A stretch of 64,000 nucleotides of DNA from Candidatus Eiseniibacteriota bacterium (GTDB lineage: Bacteria > Eisenbacteria > RBG-16-71-46). The notes beneath the pieces are model-generated. The model had not been told where the DNA came from. It did not search any database and was given only the letters and a program-made list of their open reading frames with translations. A program made the position numbers and the translations under genes. The number at the start of each line of letters is the position of its first letter. Position 1 is the stretch's first letter. Below are positions 21,038-32,562 of the stretch, one piece after another. The stretch is taken from contig CAVQXP010000003.1 in assembly GCA_963717935.1 (NCBI GenBank), positions 1-64,000 of the forward strand. Reading direction: 5' to 3'.

Positions 21038-21363
21038 TGGCCATGAAGATCCGCAAGGGCGACGTCGTGATGGTGATCGCCGGCGACGACAAGGGAAAGA
21101 CCGGGCGCGTGCTCGCGGTGGACGCCGAGAAGCAGCGCGTCGTGGTCGAGAAGGTGAATTTCGTCAAGCGCCACACGAAGGCACGGAAGCAGGGAGTGCG
21201 GAGCGGGATCATCGAGAAGGAGGCCCCGCTCCACCTGTCGAACGTGCTGATCTACGACGCCAAGTCCGGCCGCGGCACGCGCGTCGGCGTCCGGGTTCTG
21301 CCGAACGGCCGACGGGAGCGCGTTTCGCGCGCCAGCGGCGAGACGCTGTCGAAGTCGGACTAG
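21037..21363 (+). CDS. rplX: 50S ribosomal protein L24
   Basis: KOW motif GDVVMVIAGDDKGKTG; EAPLHLSNV. Confidence 0.98.
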   Translation: MAMKIRKGDVVMVIAGDDKGKTGRVLAVDAEKQRVVVEKVNFVKRHTKARKQGVRSGIIEKEAPLHLSNVLIYDAKSGRGTRVGVRVLPNGRRERVSRASGETLSKSD

Positions 21364-21458
21364 GCGACAAGGACGGGGGAGCGGAACGCTCCCGGGCACG
21401 GCCCTGGTTTACCAGGGTCAGGTGGGCCGTGCGAACTGGACCCTGGAGAGAATGAAGC

Positions 21459-22148
21459 ATGGCGGACGAGAAGAAGCCCAAGGCGGCGAAGCAGGAGAAG
21501 GCGCCGAAGCAGGAAAAGGCGCCGAAGGTCGGCAAGGGCGACACGGGTGGCAAGGGCGCCAAGGGCGGCGCGGTCGAGATGGGCCGTCCGAAGGGCCCGG
21601 CGGAGAAGCCGCGGCTCGAGAAGTTCTACGTGCAGACGGTGCGCCCGGCGCTGATGGAGAAATTCCAGTACAGCAGCGTCATGCAGGCGCCGCGACTGGT
21701 GAAGATCGTGCTCAACATGGGCGTGGGTGACGCGCTGGTGGACGCGAAGCTGTTGGACGCTGCCGCGAACGAGCTGTGCGCCATCGCGGGCCAGCGCCCG
21801 ACGGTGCGTCGGGCGAAGAAGTCGATCTCGAACTTCAAGCTGCGCGCGGGCGTCCCGGTGGGCTGTGCGGTGACCCTGCGCGGCGCGCGCATGTTCGAAT
21901 TCTACGACCGCCTGGTCAGCGTGGCGGTGCCCCGCATCCGCGACTTCCGCGGCCTCAACCCGCGGTCGTTCGACGGCCGGGGGAACTACACGATGGGCCT
22001 GACGGAGCAGATTATCTTTCCCGAGATCAATTACGACAAGGTGGGCAAGGTGCGCGGCCTGGACGTGACAATCGTCACGACGGCACGCACCGATGAGGAA
22101 GGACGCGAGCTGCTGCGGCTCATGAACCTGCCCTTCCGTCAGCGTTAG
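21459..22148 (+). CDS. rplE: 50S ribosomal protein L5 with a Lys/Ala/Gly-rich N-terminal extension
   Basis: [29 protein letters not shown]. Confidence 0.97.
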   Translation: MADEKKPKAAKQEKAPKQEKAPKVGKGDTGGKGAKGGAVEMGRPKGPAEKPRLEKFYVQTVRPALMEKFQYSSVMQAPRLVKIVLNMGVGDALVDAKLLDAAANELCAIAGQRPTVRRAKKSISNFKLRAGVPVGCAVTLRGARMFEFYDRLVSVAVPRIRDFRGLNPRSFDGRGNYTMGLTEQIIFPEINYDKVGKVRGLDVTIVTTARTDEEGRELLRLMNLPFRQR

Positions 22149-22162
22149 GACCAGGAGCGAGC

Positions 22163-22348
22163 ATGGCGAAGAAGTCCATCATCGAGAAGTGGAAGCGGAC
22201 CCCGAAGTTCAAGGTGCGCGCCTACACCCGCTGTCATCGTTGCGGACGGCCCCGTGCCTTCCTGCGTGACTTCGGGCTGTGTCGCATCTGCTTCCGGGAG
22301 CTGGCGCTTTCGGGCCAGATCCCGGGCGTCGTGAAGTCGAGCTGGTGA
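22163..22348 (+). CDS. rpsN: 30S ribosomal protein S14, short zinc-binding type
   Basis: 61 aa; CHRC...CRIC. Confidence 0.97.
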   Translation: MAKKSIIEKWKRTPKFKVRAYTRCHRCGRPRAFLRDFGLCRICFRELALSGQIPGVVKSSW

Positions 22349-22432
22349 ACCAGCCCCGCGAGGGGCATGGCGGGACCAGGCAGCAGGGCGCAGGTGGTCT
22401 GTGCTCTGAACGGTGGTTCTGGGAGGACATGA

Positions 22433-22831
22433 ATGTCAGTCAGTGACCCGGTGGCGGACTTTCTGACCTGCGTGCGCAACGCGATCCGCGCCAAGCATCG
22501 CAAGGTGGACGTGCCCGCTTCGAAGCTCAAGACGGAGCTGGCTCGCGTGCTGCTGCGCGAGCGCTACATCAACAACTTCAAGGTGATCGAGAACGACAAG
22601 CAGGGAACCCTGCGCGTCTACCTCAAGTACGCGACCGACGACGTGCCTGTCATCACCGGCCTGCGCCGCGTGAGCACGCCCGGCCGTCGCGTGTACCTCG
22701 GGAAGACACGGCTGCCGAAGGTGATGGGCGGTCTGGGAGCCTCGATCCTGTCCACGTCACGCGGGCTGATGACCGACCGTGAGGCCCGCGAAGCGGGTCT
22801 CGGCGGCGAGCTCGTCTGCCAGGTCTGGTAG
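22433..22831 (+). CDS. rpsH: 30S ribosomal protein S8
   Basis: [23 protein letters not shown]. Confidence 0.98.
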   Translation: MSVSDPVADFLTCVRNAIRAKHRKVDVPASKLKTELARVLLRERYINNFKVIENDKQGTLRVYLKYATDDVPVITGLRRVSTPGRRVYLGKTRLPKVMGGLGASILSTSRGLMTDREAREAGLGGELVCQVW

Positions 22832-22840
22832 GGGGTCGGA

Positions 22841-23380
22841 ATGTCGAGAGTCGGAAAGCTCCCGGTCCCCATCCCGAGCGGCGTCACGGTCGTCGTGGAA
22901 GACGAGCGCGTGGTCCGCGTGAAGGGGCCGAATGGAGAGCTCACGCACCCGGTGCTGGTCGGCACCCACGTGGTGGTCGAGGGCGCGGAGGCGCGCGTGT
23001 CGTCCGAGCGCGTGGTCCGTAACCCGGCCTTCGGGACGATGCGCGCGAAGCTCAACAACATGGTGCTGGGCGTGACGACCGGTTTCAGCCGGAACCTCGA
23101 GATCCAGGGCACGGGATACCGCGCCGCGATGGACGGGAACACGCTGGTGCTGCAGCTCGGCTACTCGCATCCCATCCATTTCGAGGTGCCGCAGGGCATC
23201 AGCGTCAAGGTCGAGACTCCTACGCGGATCAAGGTGAGCGGTGCAGACAAGGCGCAGGTCGGCCAGATCGCCGCGAACATCCGCGGATTCCGCCCGCCCG
23301 AGCCCTACAAGGGCAAGGGCGTGCGCTACGAGGGCGAATACGTCCGTCGCAAGGCCGGTAAGGCCGCGGGGTCGGCATAA
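22841..23380 (+). CDS. rplF: 50S ribosomal protein L6
   Basis: [17 protein letters not shown]. Confidence 0.98.
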   Translation: MSRVGKLPVPIPSGVTVVVEDERVVRVKGPNGELTHPVLVGTHVVVEGAEARVSSERVVRNPAFGTMRAKLNNMVLGVTTGFSRNLEIQGTGYRAAMDGNTLVLQLGYSHPIHFEVPQGISVKVETPTRIKVSGADKAQVGQIAANIRGFRPPEPYKGKGVRYEGEYVRRKAGKAAGSA

Positions 23381-23381
23381 T

Positions 23382-23741
23382 ATGAGCGGTCAGCACAACA
23401 AGTACGAGCGGCGCCGGATCCGGCGCTATCGCATCCGCAAACGGGTCTCGGGCTCGGTGGAGCGTCCGCGGCTCTCGGTTTTCCGCAGCTCCAGGCACAT
23501 CTACGCCCAGATCATCGATGACGTGCGTGGCGTCACGCTGGCGGCCGCTTCGAGCCGCGAGGACGTGGCGCGCGAGGGCAAGGGCAAGCTCGGCATCTGC
23601 GCCGAGGTCGGCAAGCGCCTGGCTGCGCGCGCGAAGGAGAAGGGCGTGGCGCGCGTGAGCTTCGATCGAGGCGGTTACCTGTATCACGGGCGCGTGAAGG
23701 CGCTCGCCGACGGCGCGCGGGCCGGCGGCCTGGAATTCTAG
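23382..23741 (+). CDS. rplR: 50S ribosomal protein L18
   Basis: [26 protein letters not shown]. Confidence 0.98.
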   Translation: MSGQHNKYERRRIRRYRIRKRVSGSVERPRLSVFRSSRHIYAQIIDDVRGVTLAAASSREDVAREGKGKLGICAEVGKRLAARAKEKGVARVSFDRGGYLYHGRVKALADGARAGGLEF

Positions 23742-23750
23742 GAGGACGAC

Positions 23751-24302
23751 GTGCGAGGCCAGGATAACCGGGGCCGGGGTGGGCAGTCAGACGCCCCCAA
23801 GTCCGAATTCGTCGAGCGGGTCATCAACGTCAACCGCTGCGCCAAGGTCGTGAAGGGCGGGCGCCGCTTCTCGTTCAACGCCATCGTGGCGGTGGGCGAC
23901 CAGAAGGGGCGGGTGGGCGTGGGGCTGGGCAAGGCCAACGAAGTCGCGGACGCGATCCGCAAGGCCGGGGAGGTCGCGAAGAAGAGCATGTTCCGCGTCC
24001 CGATTACCCGGGGCAGCTCGATTCCGCACGTCATCATCGGGAAATTCGGTGCTGGCGAAGTGCTGCTGAAGCCCGCGTCACCGGGCACCGGCGTGATCGC
24101 GGGATCCGGCGTGCGCGCCGTGCTCGAGGTGGCGGGGGTGCAGAACGTGCTGACCAAGTGCCTGGGCAGCCGCAATCCTCACAACCTCGTCAAGGCCACC
24201 GTGAACGGGCTGCAGCGTCTGCGCCGCCCTTCCGAAATCGCCGCCATGCGCGGCATCAACCTGGACGAACTGTTCGGCATCCGGAGTGAGCCGCATGCCT
24301 AA
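23751..24302 (+). CDS. rpsE: 30S ribosomal protein S5
   Basis: [22 protein letters not shown]. Confidence 0.98.
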   Translation: MRGQDNRGRGGQSDAPKSEFVERVINVNRCAKVVKGGRRFSFNAIVAVGDQKGRVGVGLGKANEVADAIRKAGEVAKKSMFRVPITRGSSIPHVIIGKFGAGEVLLKPASPGTGVIAGSGVRAVLEVAGVQNVLTKCLGSRNPHNLVKATVNGLQRLRRPSEIAAMRGINLDELFGIRSEPHA

Positions 24303-24477
24303 GACGATCCGAATCCGCCAGATCAAGGGCGCCAGTGGGCACCCGAAGGACCAGCAGCAGACCATCTCGGCCCTCGGGATCCACCGGCTGCACCAGGTGA
24401 TCGAGCACAACGATACGCCCCAGATCCGGGGCATGATCTTCAAGGTCCGCCACCTCGTCGAAGTGGTGGAGGATTGA
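24295..24477 (+). CDS. rpmD: 50S ribosomal protein L30
   Basis: [16 protein letters not shown]; synteny. Confidence 0.96.
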   Translation: MPKTIRIRQIKGASGHPKDQQQTISALGIHRLHQVIEHNDTPQIRGMIFKVRHLVEVVED

Positions 24478-24482
24478 GGGGG

Positions 24483-24947
24483 ATGGCGATGATCCGCATT
24501 GGGACGCTTCGTCCGGCCTCCGGAGCCACGCAGACCCGCAAGCGCCGCGGTAAGGGCGCCGCAAGCGGTCTCGGCGGCACGGCGGGACGCGGGCACAAGG
24601 GCCACAAGGCCAGGGCTGGCGGGAAGATCCCCACCTGGTTCGAGGGCGGCCAGATGCCGATCCAGCGCCGGCTGCCCAAGCGCGGGTTCAAGAACCCGGG
24701 CCGGGTCGAATACCAGGTCGTGCCGGTGGGCCGGCTGGCCGCGGTTCCGGCGAACACGCTCGTGGACCGCGCCTGGCTTGCGAAGCGAAAGCTCGTGCGC
24801 GGCAAACTGCCGGTGAAGCTCCTGGCCGGCGGACAGCTCGAGGTGGCGCTCACGGTGCGTGTGGACGCCGCGAGTGAAGCCGCTCGCCGTGCGGTCGAGG
24901 CCGCCGGTGGCACCGTGGAGACGCCCAAGCCGAAGGCCGGGGCCTAG
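24483..24947 (+). CDS. rplO: 50S ribosomal protein L15
   Basis: GRGHKG, FEGGQMPIQRRLPKRGF. Confidence 0.97.
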   Translation: MAMIRIGTLRPASGATQTRKRRGKGAASGLGGTAGRGHKGHKARAGGKIPTWFEGGQMPIQRRLPKRGFKNPGRVEYQVVPVGRLAAVPANTLVDRAWLAKRKLVRGKLPVKLLAGGQLEVALTVRVDAASEAARRAVEAAGGTVETPKPKAGA

Positions 24948-24962
24948 GCGCGCCGAGGAACC

Positions 24963-26288
24963 ATGATCGAGAAGATCCGGAACATCTTCCAGGTACCCGA
25001 GCTGAAGCGCCGCATCCTGTTCACGATGGCGCTCATCGTGATCTACCGGCTCGGCGAGCACGTGCCCACGCCGGGAGTCAACGCCCGCGCGCTGGCCGGG
25101 GCTTTCGCCGCGTCGGGTGCCGCGGGCGGGCTCTTCGGGCTCTATGACCTGTTCGTGGGCGGGGCCTTCTCCCGCGCCACCATCTTCGCCCTGGGCATCA
25201 TGCCGTACATCTCCGCCTCGATCATCCTGCAGTTGCTCGGTGCGGTGGTCCCGTACTACGAGAAGCTGCGCAAGGAAGGCGAGGAGGGGCAGAAGAAGAT
25301 CACCCAGCACACGCGCTTCGGCACGGTCCTGATCTCGTTCATCCAGTCCTACGCCTACAGCGTGTTCCTGACGAACCTGGGCCAGACCCAGGGGCTCCCG
25401 ATCGTGCCCGAGCCGGGCTTCCTGTTCACCTTCTCGACCATCGTGACGCAGACGACCGGCACCATCCTCGTGATGTGGCTGGGCGAGAAGATCACCGAAC
25501 ACGGCATCGGCAACGGCATCTCGCTCATCATCTTCATCAATATCGTCGGGCGGGTGCCGAACACGATCCTGTCGGCGTTCGACAGTCTGCGCGGCGGCTC
25601 GTTGAGCTGGCCGGTGCTGCTCGCCATCGGGGCGATGATGGTCGCCGTGATCGCGGCCGTCATCCTCATGACCCAGGCGGTGCGCAAGATCCCGGTGCAG
25701 TACGCCAAGCGCATCGTCGGCCGGCGCATGTACGGCGGGGCGAACACGCACATCCCGCTGCGCGTCAACACGGCCGGCGTGATCCCGATCATCTTTGCTT
25801 CGAGCGTGATGATCCTGCCGGCCACCGTCGCCGGGTTCGTCAAGGCGGACAGCGCCCTGGCGGGGCTGGGGCAGCTCTTCAACCCCACGGGCTGGATCTA
25901 CAACATCCTCTACGGACTCATCATCGTCTTCTTCACGTATTTCTATACCGCGGTCGTGCTGAACCCGAACGACCTGGCGGAGAACATGCGCAAGCACGGC
26001 GGCTTCGTGCCGGGCATCCGCCCGGGGCGGAAGACCGCCGACTACATCGACAAGGTGCTGTCGCGCATCACGTTGCCGGGCGCCATCTTCCTGGCGCTGG
26101 TCGCCGTGGTGCCGGATCTCATCATCGGCTCGACCAACATGCCGTTCCTGGGCTTCGGTGGCACGAGCGTGCTGATCGTGGTGGGCGTGGCGCTCGACAC
26201 GCTGCAGCAGATCGAATCGCACCTGCTGATGCGGCACTACGAAGGTTTCGTGAAGGGTGGTCGCATCCGCGGCCGCCAGAGGATGTAG
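24963..26288 (+). CDS. secY: Preprotein translocase subunit SecY
   Basis: IFALGIMPYISASII, GIGNGISL, PGIRPG, GGTSVLIVVGV. Confidence 0.98.
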   Translation: MIEKIRNIFQVPELKRRILFTMALIVIYRLGEHVPTPGVNARALAGAFAASGAAGGLFGLYDLFVGGAFSRATIFALGIMPYISASIILQLLGAVVPYYEKLRKEGEEGQKKITQHTRFGTVLISFIQSYAYSVFLTNLGQTQGLPIVPEPGFLFTFSTIVTQTTGTILVMWLGEKITEHGIGNGISLIIFINIVGRVPNTILSAFDSLRGGSLSWPVLLAIGAMMVAVIAAVILMTQAVRKIPVQYAKRIVGRRMYGGANTHIPLRVNTAGVIPIIFASSVMILPATVAGFVKADSALAGLGQLFNPTGWIYNILYGLIIVFFTYFYTAVVLNPNDLAENMRKHGGFVPGIRPGRKTADYIDKVLSRITLPGAIFLALVAVVPDLIIGSTNMPFLGFGGTSVLIVVGVALDTLQQIESHLLMRHYEGFVKGGRIRGRQRM

Positions 26289-26289
26289 C

Positions 26290-26961
26290 GTGCGCTTCGT
26301 CATGCTCGGCGCTCCGGGCGTGGGCAAGGGCACGCAGGGGCGACGGCTGGCGGTCGTGTACGGCTGTGCGCTGATCTCGACGGGGGAGATCCTCCGCGAG
26401 GCGGTGGCGCGCGGCACACCGCTCGGGCTCGAGGCCCGGCGGCAGATGGACCTGGGAAGGCTGGTGGACGACGACGTGATGATAGGGCTCGTGCGCGAAC
26501 GCACGAGCAAGCCGGACACCCGGGACGGATTCGTGCTGGACGGGTTCCCGCGCACCGTGCCGCAGGCCGAGGCGCTGGACGCGATGCTGGCGGAGCGGGG
26601 GCAGCGGATCGAAGCGGTGCTCTACCTCGCGGTGAGCGAGGACGAGTTGGTCCGACGGTTGCAGGGACGGCGCGAGTGTCCGATATGCAAGCGCGCCTAC
26701 AATCCGGAAGGAGCGCCGGCGCGGGACGGACTTCACTGCGACGATCATCCGGCCGCGGAACTCCGGCCGCGGGCGGATGACAGTGAAGGGGCGGTGCGGC
26801 AGAGATTCGCGGAATTCCGGGCGAAGACCGCGCCCTTGGTGGACTACTACGCGGTCACCGGGCGGCTGCGCCAGGTGGCCGGCAAGGGCACGGTGGACGA
26901 GGTGTTCGAGGCGTTACGGCGGGAAGCGGGTTGCGGCTCGCGGACGCCCCAGGCGAATTGA
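26290..26961 (+). CDS. adk: Adenylate kinase
   Basis: GAPGVGKGTQ, LDGFPRT, LID region CPIC...CDDH, RADD. Confidence 0.96.
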   Translation: MRFVMLGAPGVGKGTQGRRLAVVYGCALISTGEILREAVARGTPLGLEARRQMDLGRLVDDDVMIGLVRERTSKPDTRDGFVLDGFPRTVPQAEALDAMLAERGQRIEAVLYLAVSEDELVRRLQGRRECPICKRAYNPEGAPARDGLHCDDHPAAELRPRADDSEGAVRQRFAEFRAKTAPLVDYYAVTGRLRQVAGKGTVDEVFEALRREAGCGSRTPQAN

Positions 26962-26962
26962 G

Positions 26963-27718
26963 ATGGTGTACCTGAGGGACCGGCGGGAGATCGAAGCCAT
27001 CCGCGTGGCGGCCCAGCTCGTGGCGCGGACGCTCGACATGCTGGGCCGGGAGATCCGGCCGGGCATGACCACCGCCGCGCTGGACCAGTTGGCGGAGACT
27101 TTCATCCGGGACCACGGCGGACGGCCGGCCTTCAAGGGCTACCGCGGGTTCCCGGCGACCATCTGTCCGTCGGTGAACGAAGAAGTGGTCCACGCGATTC
27201 CGGGCCCGCGGCACCTGGAAGATGGCGACATGATCGGGGTGGACGTCGGTGTGGAGATGAACGGCTACTACGGCGACTCGGCCCGCACCTTCGCGGTGGG
27301 GGAGGTGAGCGCGGAGGTGAAGCGCCTGATGCAGATCACGCGCGAGGCATTGCTGGAAGGAGTCGCGCGGGCTTGGGGCGGGAACCGGGTGGGGGACATC
27401 TCCCACGCGATCCAGACGCACGTCGAGCACCACGGCTTCTCGATCGTGCGCTCGCTCGTGGGACACGGTATCGGACGCGAGATGCACGAGGAACCGCAGG
27501 TGCCGAATTTCGGACTGCCCGACCGGGGGCCCCGGCTGATGATTGGGCAGGTGCTGGCCATCGAACCGATGGTCAACGCGGGCGGACCGGAGGTGGTCAC
27601 CCAGCCGGACGGCTGGACGGTGGTGACGAAGGACGGCAGCCTCAGCGCCCACTTCGAGCATACCGTGGCTTTGGGTCCGAATGGCCCCGAGATCCTCTCG
27701 GTGGCCGAAGGAGAGTAG
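26963..27718 (+). CDS. map: Methionine aminopeptidase type I
   Basis: SVNEEVVHAIP, GHGIG..MHEEP, AIEPM, SAHFEHT. Confidence 0.97.
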   Translation: MVYLRDRREIEAIRVAAQLVARTLDMLGREIRPGMTTAALDQLAETFIRDHGGRPAFKGYRGFPATICPSVNEEVVHAIPGPRHLEDGDMIGVDVGVEMNGYYGDSARTFAVGEVSAEVKRLMQITREALLEGVARAWGGNRVGDISHAIQTHVEHHGFSIVRSLVGHGIGREMHEEPQVPNFGLPDRGPRLMIGQVLAIEPMVNAGGPEVVTQPDGWTVVTKDGSLSAHFEHTVALGPNGPEILSVAEGE

Positions 27719-27730
27719 CGAGGGAAGCTC

Positions 27731-27949
27731 TTGGCAAAAGAGGAAGGCATCCAGGTCGAAGGCACCGTGATCGAGCCGCTGCCGAACGCCATGTTCCGTG
27801 TGGAACTGGAGAACGGCCACAAGGTGCTGGCCCACATCTCGGGCAAGATGCGGATGCATTTCATCAAGATCCTGCCGGGCGACAAGGTCACGATCGAACT
27901 GTCGCCGTATGATCTGACGCGCGGCAGGATCGTGTACCGCTACAAGTAG
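27731..27949 (+). CDS. infA: Translation initiation factor IF-1
   Basis: TTG start; [18 protein letters not shown]. Confidence 0.98.
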   Translation: MAKEEGIQVEGTVIEPLPNAMFRVELENGHKVLAHISGKMRMHFIKILPGDKVTIELSPYDLTRGRIVYRYK

Positions 27950-28008
27950 GCGGCGCGGCACCGGTTGCAGGTCGCCCGCTTCAGGGGTGGCCTGCCGGAG
28001 GCATGGCG

Positions 28009-28125
28009 ATGAAGGTTCGTACTTCGGTGAAGAAAATCTGCGAGCACTGCAAAGTGGTGCGTCGCAACGGCGTGATCCGCGTGATTTGCAAGCGCAATCC
28101 GCGGCACAAGCAGCGTCAGAAGTAG
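28009..28125 (+). CDS. rpmJ: 50S ribosomal protein L36 (missing from the ORF track; too short)
   Basis: Manual translation [38 protein letters not shown]. Confidence 0.96.
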   Translation: MKVRTSVKKICEHCKVVRRNGVIRVICKRNPRHKQRQK

Positions 28126-28140
28126 CGAAGGAGGCGTTTC

Positions 28141-28536
28141 GTGGCACGCATTGCCGGCGTTGATCTGCCGAACGACAAGCGGATCGAGATCGCGCTGACC
28201 TACGTCTACGGCATCGGTCGCGCGACCGCGCGCAAGATCCTGGACACGGCCGGCGTCTCGGGCTCCATCCGGGTCAAGAACCTGACCGATGAGGACACCG
28301 GGAAGCTGCGCGGCATCATCGAGCGCGAGTACAAGGTCGAGGGCTCGCTGCGCAGCGAGATGGCGATGAACATCAAGCGTCTGATGGACATCGGGGCCTA
28401 TCGTGGCCTGCGGCATCGCCGGGGGCTGCCGGTGCGCGGTCAGCGCACCAAGACCAACGCGCGCACCCGCAAGGGCCCGAAGAAGACCGCCGGCGTGATG
28501 AAGCGCACTGTCGCCAAGCCCGCGCCCAGGAAGTAA
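28141..28536 (+). CDS. rpsM: 30S ribosomal protein S13
   Basis: [27 protein letters not shown]. Confidence 0.98.
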   Translation: MARIAGVDLPNDKRIEIALTYVYGIGRATARKILDTAGVSGSIRVKNLTDEDTGKLRGIIEREYKVEGSLRSEMAMNIKRLMDIGAYRGLRHRRGLPVRGQRTKTNARTRKGPKKTAGVMKRTVAKPAPRK

Positions 28537-28554
28537 CCGTCGAGGAGGTACCGA

Positions 28555-28941
28555 GTGGCTGAGGTCAAGAAGACGAAGAAGCGCGACCGCAAGGTGGGCA
28601 CCAACGGGGTGGCCCACGTGCAGGCGAGCTTCAACAACACGATCATCACCATCACGGACATGGATGGTGCCGTGGTCACCTGGGCCAGCGCGGGCAAGGC
28701 CGGCTTCAAGGGTTCGCGCAAGAGCACCCCGTTTGCGGCGCAGGTGGCCGCGGAAGCCAGCGCGCGCGAGGCCCTCAATCTCGGCATGAAGCGCGTCGAG
28801 GTCTGGGTGAAGGGCCCCGGCGCCGGGCGCGAGGCGGCCGTCCGTTCGCTGCAGGCGGCGGGGCTCGAGATCTCGGCCATCAAGGACGTCACCCCCATCC
28901 CGCATAACGGTTGCCGCCCGCCCAAGCGGCGCCGGGTCTAG
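28555..28941 (+). CDS. rpsK: 30S ribosomal protein S11
   Basis: [26 protein letters not shown]. Confidence 0.98.
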   Translation: MAEVKKTKKRDRKVGTNGVAHVQASFNNTIITITDMDGAVVTWASAGKAGFKGSRKSTPFAAQVAAEASAREALNLGMKRVEVWVKGPGAGREAAVRSLQAAGLEISAIKDVTPIPHNGCRPPKRRRV

Positions 28942-28950
28942 GAGAGCGAC

Positions 28951-29580
28951 ATGGCGGTTTACCAGGATGCGCGCTGCCGCATGTGCCGGCGTGCGGGCAT
29001 GAAGCTCTTCATCAAGGGCGCCCGCTGTTACACCGACAAGTGCGCGATCGAGCGCCGCGCCTACGCGCCCGGTGAGCACGGCAAGACCCGCAGGATCAAG
29101 GAAACGAACTACGGCGTGCAGCTGCGCGAGAAGCAGAAGGTGCGGCGCATGTACGGGGTGCTCGAGCGGCAGTTCCGCAATTACTTCGAGAAGGCGGCCG
29201 AGTCGAAGGGTGTCACCGGCGAGGTGCTGCTCCAGATGCTCGAGCGCCGTCTCGACAACGTCGTCTACCGGATCGGTTTCGCGGTGAACCGCAGCCAGGC
29301 GCGGCAGCTCGTGCGTCACGGCCACCTGCTGGTGAACGGCCGCAAGGTGGACATCCCGTCGTTCCTGGTGAAGCCGGGCGACGAGGTGGTCGTGCGCGAG
29401 AAGAGCCGCAAGCTGTCGGTCATCGTCAACTCGCTCGAGGCGCGCAAGGGCCAGACGGCCCCCGAGTGGCTCGAGCTGAGTCCCGAGCGCCTGGCGGGCC
29501 GGGTTCTCAACGTTCCTTCGCGCGCGGCCATCGCTGCGCCGGTCAACGAGCAGCTCATCGTCGAGCTCTACTCGAAGTAG
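28951..29580 (+). CDS. rpsD: 30S ribosomal protein S4 (zinc-binding type)
   Basis: [31 protein letters not shown]. Confidence 0.98.
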   Translation: MAVYQDARCRMCRRAGMKLFIKGARCYTDKCAIERRAYAPGEHGKTRRIKETNYGVQLREKQKVRRMYGVLERQFRNYFEKAAESKGVTGEVLLQMLERRLDNVVYRIGFAVNRSQARQLVRHGHLLVNGRKVDIPSFLVKPGDEVVVREKSRKLSVIVNSLEARKGQTAPEWLELSPERLAGRVLNVPSRAAIAAPVNEQLIVELYSK

Positions 29581-29610
29581 TCCACGCCTTCTCCTCTGGG
29601 AGGCTCTCTG

Positions 29611-30606
29611 ATGAAATGGAAGAATCTGACCATGCCGAAACAGGTGGTCGCGGACCCCGGCAATACTACCGGGTACGGCAAGTTCGTCATCGAGCCGCTG
29701 GAGCGGGGGTTCGGGATCACGCTGGGCAATTCGCTGCGGCGCGTGCTGCTCTCGTCCCTGCAGGGCGCGGCGATCTCCGCCGTGCGCATCGAGGGCGTGC
29801 TTCACGAGTTCTCGACCCTGCCAGGCGTGATCGAGGACGTTACGGAGATCATCCTCAACCTGAAGCAGGTGCGCCTGAAGCTCCACGGGGACGGCCCGAA
29901 GAAGGGCATCTTCGAGGTGAGTGGCAAGCGCGAGGTGAAGGCCTCCGACATGAAGGCGGACGCGGACGTCGAGATCCTCAACCCCGACCTCCACATCGCC
30001 ACCCTGAACCGGGACGGCGACCTGCGCATGGAGGTGGACCTGAGCGGTGGCCGCGGCTACGCCTCCGCCGACTCGCACTCGCAGACGGACCGGCCCATCG
30101 GGGTGATCCCGATCGACTCGCTGTTCTCGCCGGTCACGAAGGTGAACTACCACGTCGAGGCCACGCGCCTCGGGCAGCGCATCGACTACGACAAGCTGAC
30201 CATCGAGGTGTGGACCGACGAGGGCATCCTCCCGGCGGACGCGGTCGCCTGGGCGGCGAAGCTGCTGCGGGACCACTTCGACATGTTCATCCACTTCGAG
30301 GTGCCGATCGAGATCGAGGGCGAGGAGCCGGACGATCCCCAGATCGCCCGCATGCTCGGACAGTTGAACAAGAGTGTCGAGGAACTGGAGTTGTCGGTGC
30401 GCTCGAGCAACTGCCTGCGCGCGGCCGAGATCAAGTCGATCGGGGACCTGGTCCAGAAGAGCGAGTCGGAGATGCTCAAGTACCGCAACTTCGGCCGCAA
30501 GTCCCTCAAGGAGATCCAGGATCTGCTGGGCGAGAGCGGACTGTCCTTCGGCATGGACGTGACCCCGTATTACCAGCACAAGAAGCCGACGGCGGTTGAG
30601 GGCTGA
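29611..30606 (+). CDS. rpoA: RNA polymerase alpha subunit
   Basis: [38 protein letters not shown]. Confidence 0.98.
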   Translation: MKWKNLTMPKQVVADPGNTTGYGKFVIEPLERGFGITLGNSLRRVLLSSLQGAAISAVRIEGVLHEFSTLPGVIEDVTEIILNLKQVRLKLHGDGPKKGIFEVSGKREVKASDMKADADVEILNPDLHIATLNRDGDLRMEVDLSGGRGYASADSHSQTDRPIGVIPIDSLFSPVTKVNYHVEATRLGQRIDYDKLTIEVWTDEGILPADAVAWAAKLLRDHFDMFIHFEVPIEIEGEEPDDPQIARMLGQLNKSVEELELSVRSSNCLRAAEIKSIGDLVQKSESEMLKYRNFGRKSLKEIQDLLGESGLSFGMDVTPYYQHKKPTAVEG

Positions 30607-30662
30607 CCGGGTCTGCGGGATGACGCAGCCGGCGCGGCCGGTCGAAAGGGAATCGGACTGAC

Positions 30663-31238
30663 ATGCGACACCGAAAAGACCATCGCAAGCTGAGCCGCAC
30701 GGCGTCTCACCGGCGCGCGGTGCTGCGCAACCTCGTCACGGCGTTGTTCCAGTACGAGCGCATCGAGACGACGGTCGAGAAGGCGAAGGAATCGCGACGG
30801 CTCGCCGAGCGCCTGATCACCTTCGCCAAACGCGGCGATCTGGCGGCTCGCCGCCACGTGGCGCGCTTCGTGATGCGGCCCGCGGTCACCGCGAAGCTGT
30901 TCGCCACGATCGCGCCCTGGTACGAGGAGCGTCACGGCGGCTACACTCGCATCGTGCGGATCGGACGGCGGCTCGGCGACGCCGGCGAGACCGCCTACCT
31001 CGAGCTGGTGAAGACCACCGAGCAGAAGGAGAAGGAACGCAAGGATCGCATCGCCACGGCGGAGGCCCGGGAGAAGGCTCTCAAGGGCAGTGAGAAGAAG
31101 AAGACGAAGAAGGGTGAGGACAAGGGCGAGGAAGCGGGTGCCGAGGAGAAGCCGACGAGGGGTGGACGGCGTCGCGAGGAAGGCGGCCCCATGGCCCCGG
31201 CGAAGAAGCGCACGCGCACCGGGGTCAAGACCGGCTAG
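30663..31238 (+). CDS. rplQ: 50S ribosomal protein L17 with a charged C-terminal extension
   Basis: MRHR..RKLSR, GGYTRI, RLGDA. Confidence 0.97.
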   Translation: MRHRKDHRKLSRTASHRRAVLRNLVTALFQYERIETTVEKAKESRRLAERLITFAKRGDLAARRHVARFVMRPAVTAKLFATIAPWYEERHGGYTRIVRIGRRLGDAGETAYLELVKTTEQKEKERKDRIATAEAREKALKGSEKKKTKKGEDKGEEAGAEEKPTRGGRRREEGGPMAPAKKRTRTGVKTG

Positions 31239-31338
31239 CGCCGCCCGCATCCCGAGGCTGGAGCGCGCGGGCGGAGGGGTTCCCATCCGCCCGCGTTCGC
31301 ACGCCGGCCCCACCGGCGCTCCTCGATCCACGCGACCC

Positions 31339-32562
31339 ATGATCCCGTTCCTGACTCTGGCCCTCGTCCTGAGCCTCGCTGGCCCGCCCGTGGGCGCGAT
31401 GGCCGGGCTGTCCAGCGTCGACACCGCCGCCATCGACACGACCAGCGCCGGTACCTCCGCCGCACGACCCGCTCCGCTCGTCGACTACCTCTGGGTCACG
31501 CGCTCCACGCTGCTCGACCGCGCAGCCATCGAGCGCATGGTGATGCGCGCCAGCGCGGCCGGCGTGCGCGGGCTTCTGGTGCAGGTCGTGGGCCGCGGTG
31601 ACGCCTTCTATCGCTCGGACGTGCTGCCGCGCTCCGAGGCCCTGGGCCAGTCCGACTTCGACCCGCTCGCGTTCGTGTTGGAGCGCTCGCACGCCGCCGG
31701 GCTGGAGGTCCATGCCTGGATGAACTGCGTGCTGGTGTGGTCGGCGCCACACGGCCCGCGCGACCCGCGCCATGTGCTGAACCGTCACCCCGAGTGGGTG
31801 GCGCACTTGCCTGACGGCCGCTCGATGACACGGTTGAGCGCAGGGGAACGCCGCCGACTGGGGGTCGAGGGCGTCTACCTGAGTCCGACGCGGCCCGCTG
31901 TGCGTGCCTGGATCGCCTCGATCGCGCAGGAGATCGCGACGCGCTACGCCGTGGATGGCATCCACCTCGATTACATCCGGGAGCCCGGTACATTCGCCGG
32001 GCTCGACGCGAACGCGCGCGCTCGTTTCGCGCTCGAGCACGGTGCCGACCCCGCGCGGTTCGAGCTCGAGACTCCGGCCCGGCGCGCGGTGCTGGACTCG
32101 TCCTGGATGGCCTTCCAGCGCGCGCAGGTCACGGCCATCGTGCGCGGCGTGCGGGACTCGCTCGCGCGCAGCCGTCCGGGTCTGGCGCTCAGCGCCGCCG
32201 TGGTGGCGGACACGATCTCGGCCGAGCGGCGGCATGCGCAGGAGTGGCGCGCCTGGGTGCGCGAGGGCCTGGTCGATCGCGTTTTCGTGATGTGCTACGC
32301 GCCCGGGGTGCAGACCGTGCTCAGCCAGATGCTGGCCTATTCATCCGAGTCGGGCACGGGGCGCGTGGTGCCCGGGATCGCGGTCTTCAACTCGACCGCC
32401 GCGGCGACCGCCGCCAAGATCAAGGGAGCGAACGAGCTCGGCTACCGCACGCTCGCGCTCTATTCCTACGATTCCCTCGACGAGCGCCCCGGCTACTGGG
32501 ACGCGCTCGCCGCCTTCCTCGGGGCGCCGCCTGCGGCGGCCCCGCCCATGGGGTCACGATGA
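31339..32562 (+). CDS. Exported glycoside hydrolase-like protein, GHL10/DUF187 (YddW/DigH-like)
   Basis: Signal peptide; [39 protein letters not shown]. Confidence 0.8.
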   Translation: MIPFLTLALVLSLAGPPVGAMAGLSSVDTAAIDTTSAGTSAARPAPLVDYLWVTRSTLLDRAAIERMVMRASAAGVRGLLVQVVGRGDAFYRSDVLPRSEALGQSDFDPLAFVLERSHAAGLEVHAWMNCVLVWSAPHGPRDPRHVLNRHPEWVAHLPDGRSMTRLSAGERRRLGVEGVYLSPTRPAVRAWIASIAQEIATRYAVDGIHLDYIREPGTFAGLDANARARFALEHGADPARFELETPARRAVLDSSWMAFQRAQVTAIVRGVRDSLARSRPGLALSAAVVADTISAERRHAQEWRAWVREGLVDRVFVMCYAPGVQTVLSQMLAYSSESGTGRVVPGIAVFNSTAAATAAKIKGANELGYRTLALYSYDSLDERPGYWDALAAFLGAPPAAAPPMGSR

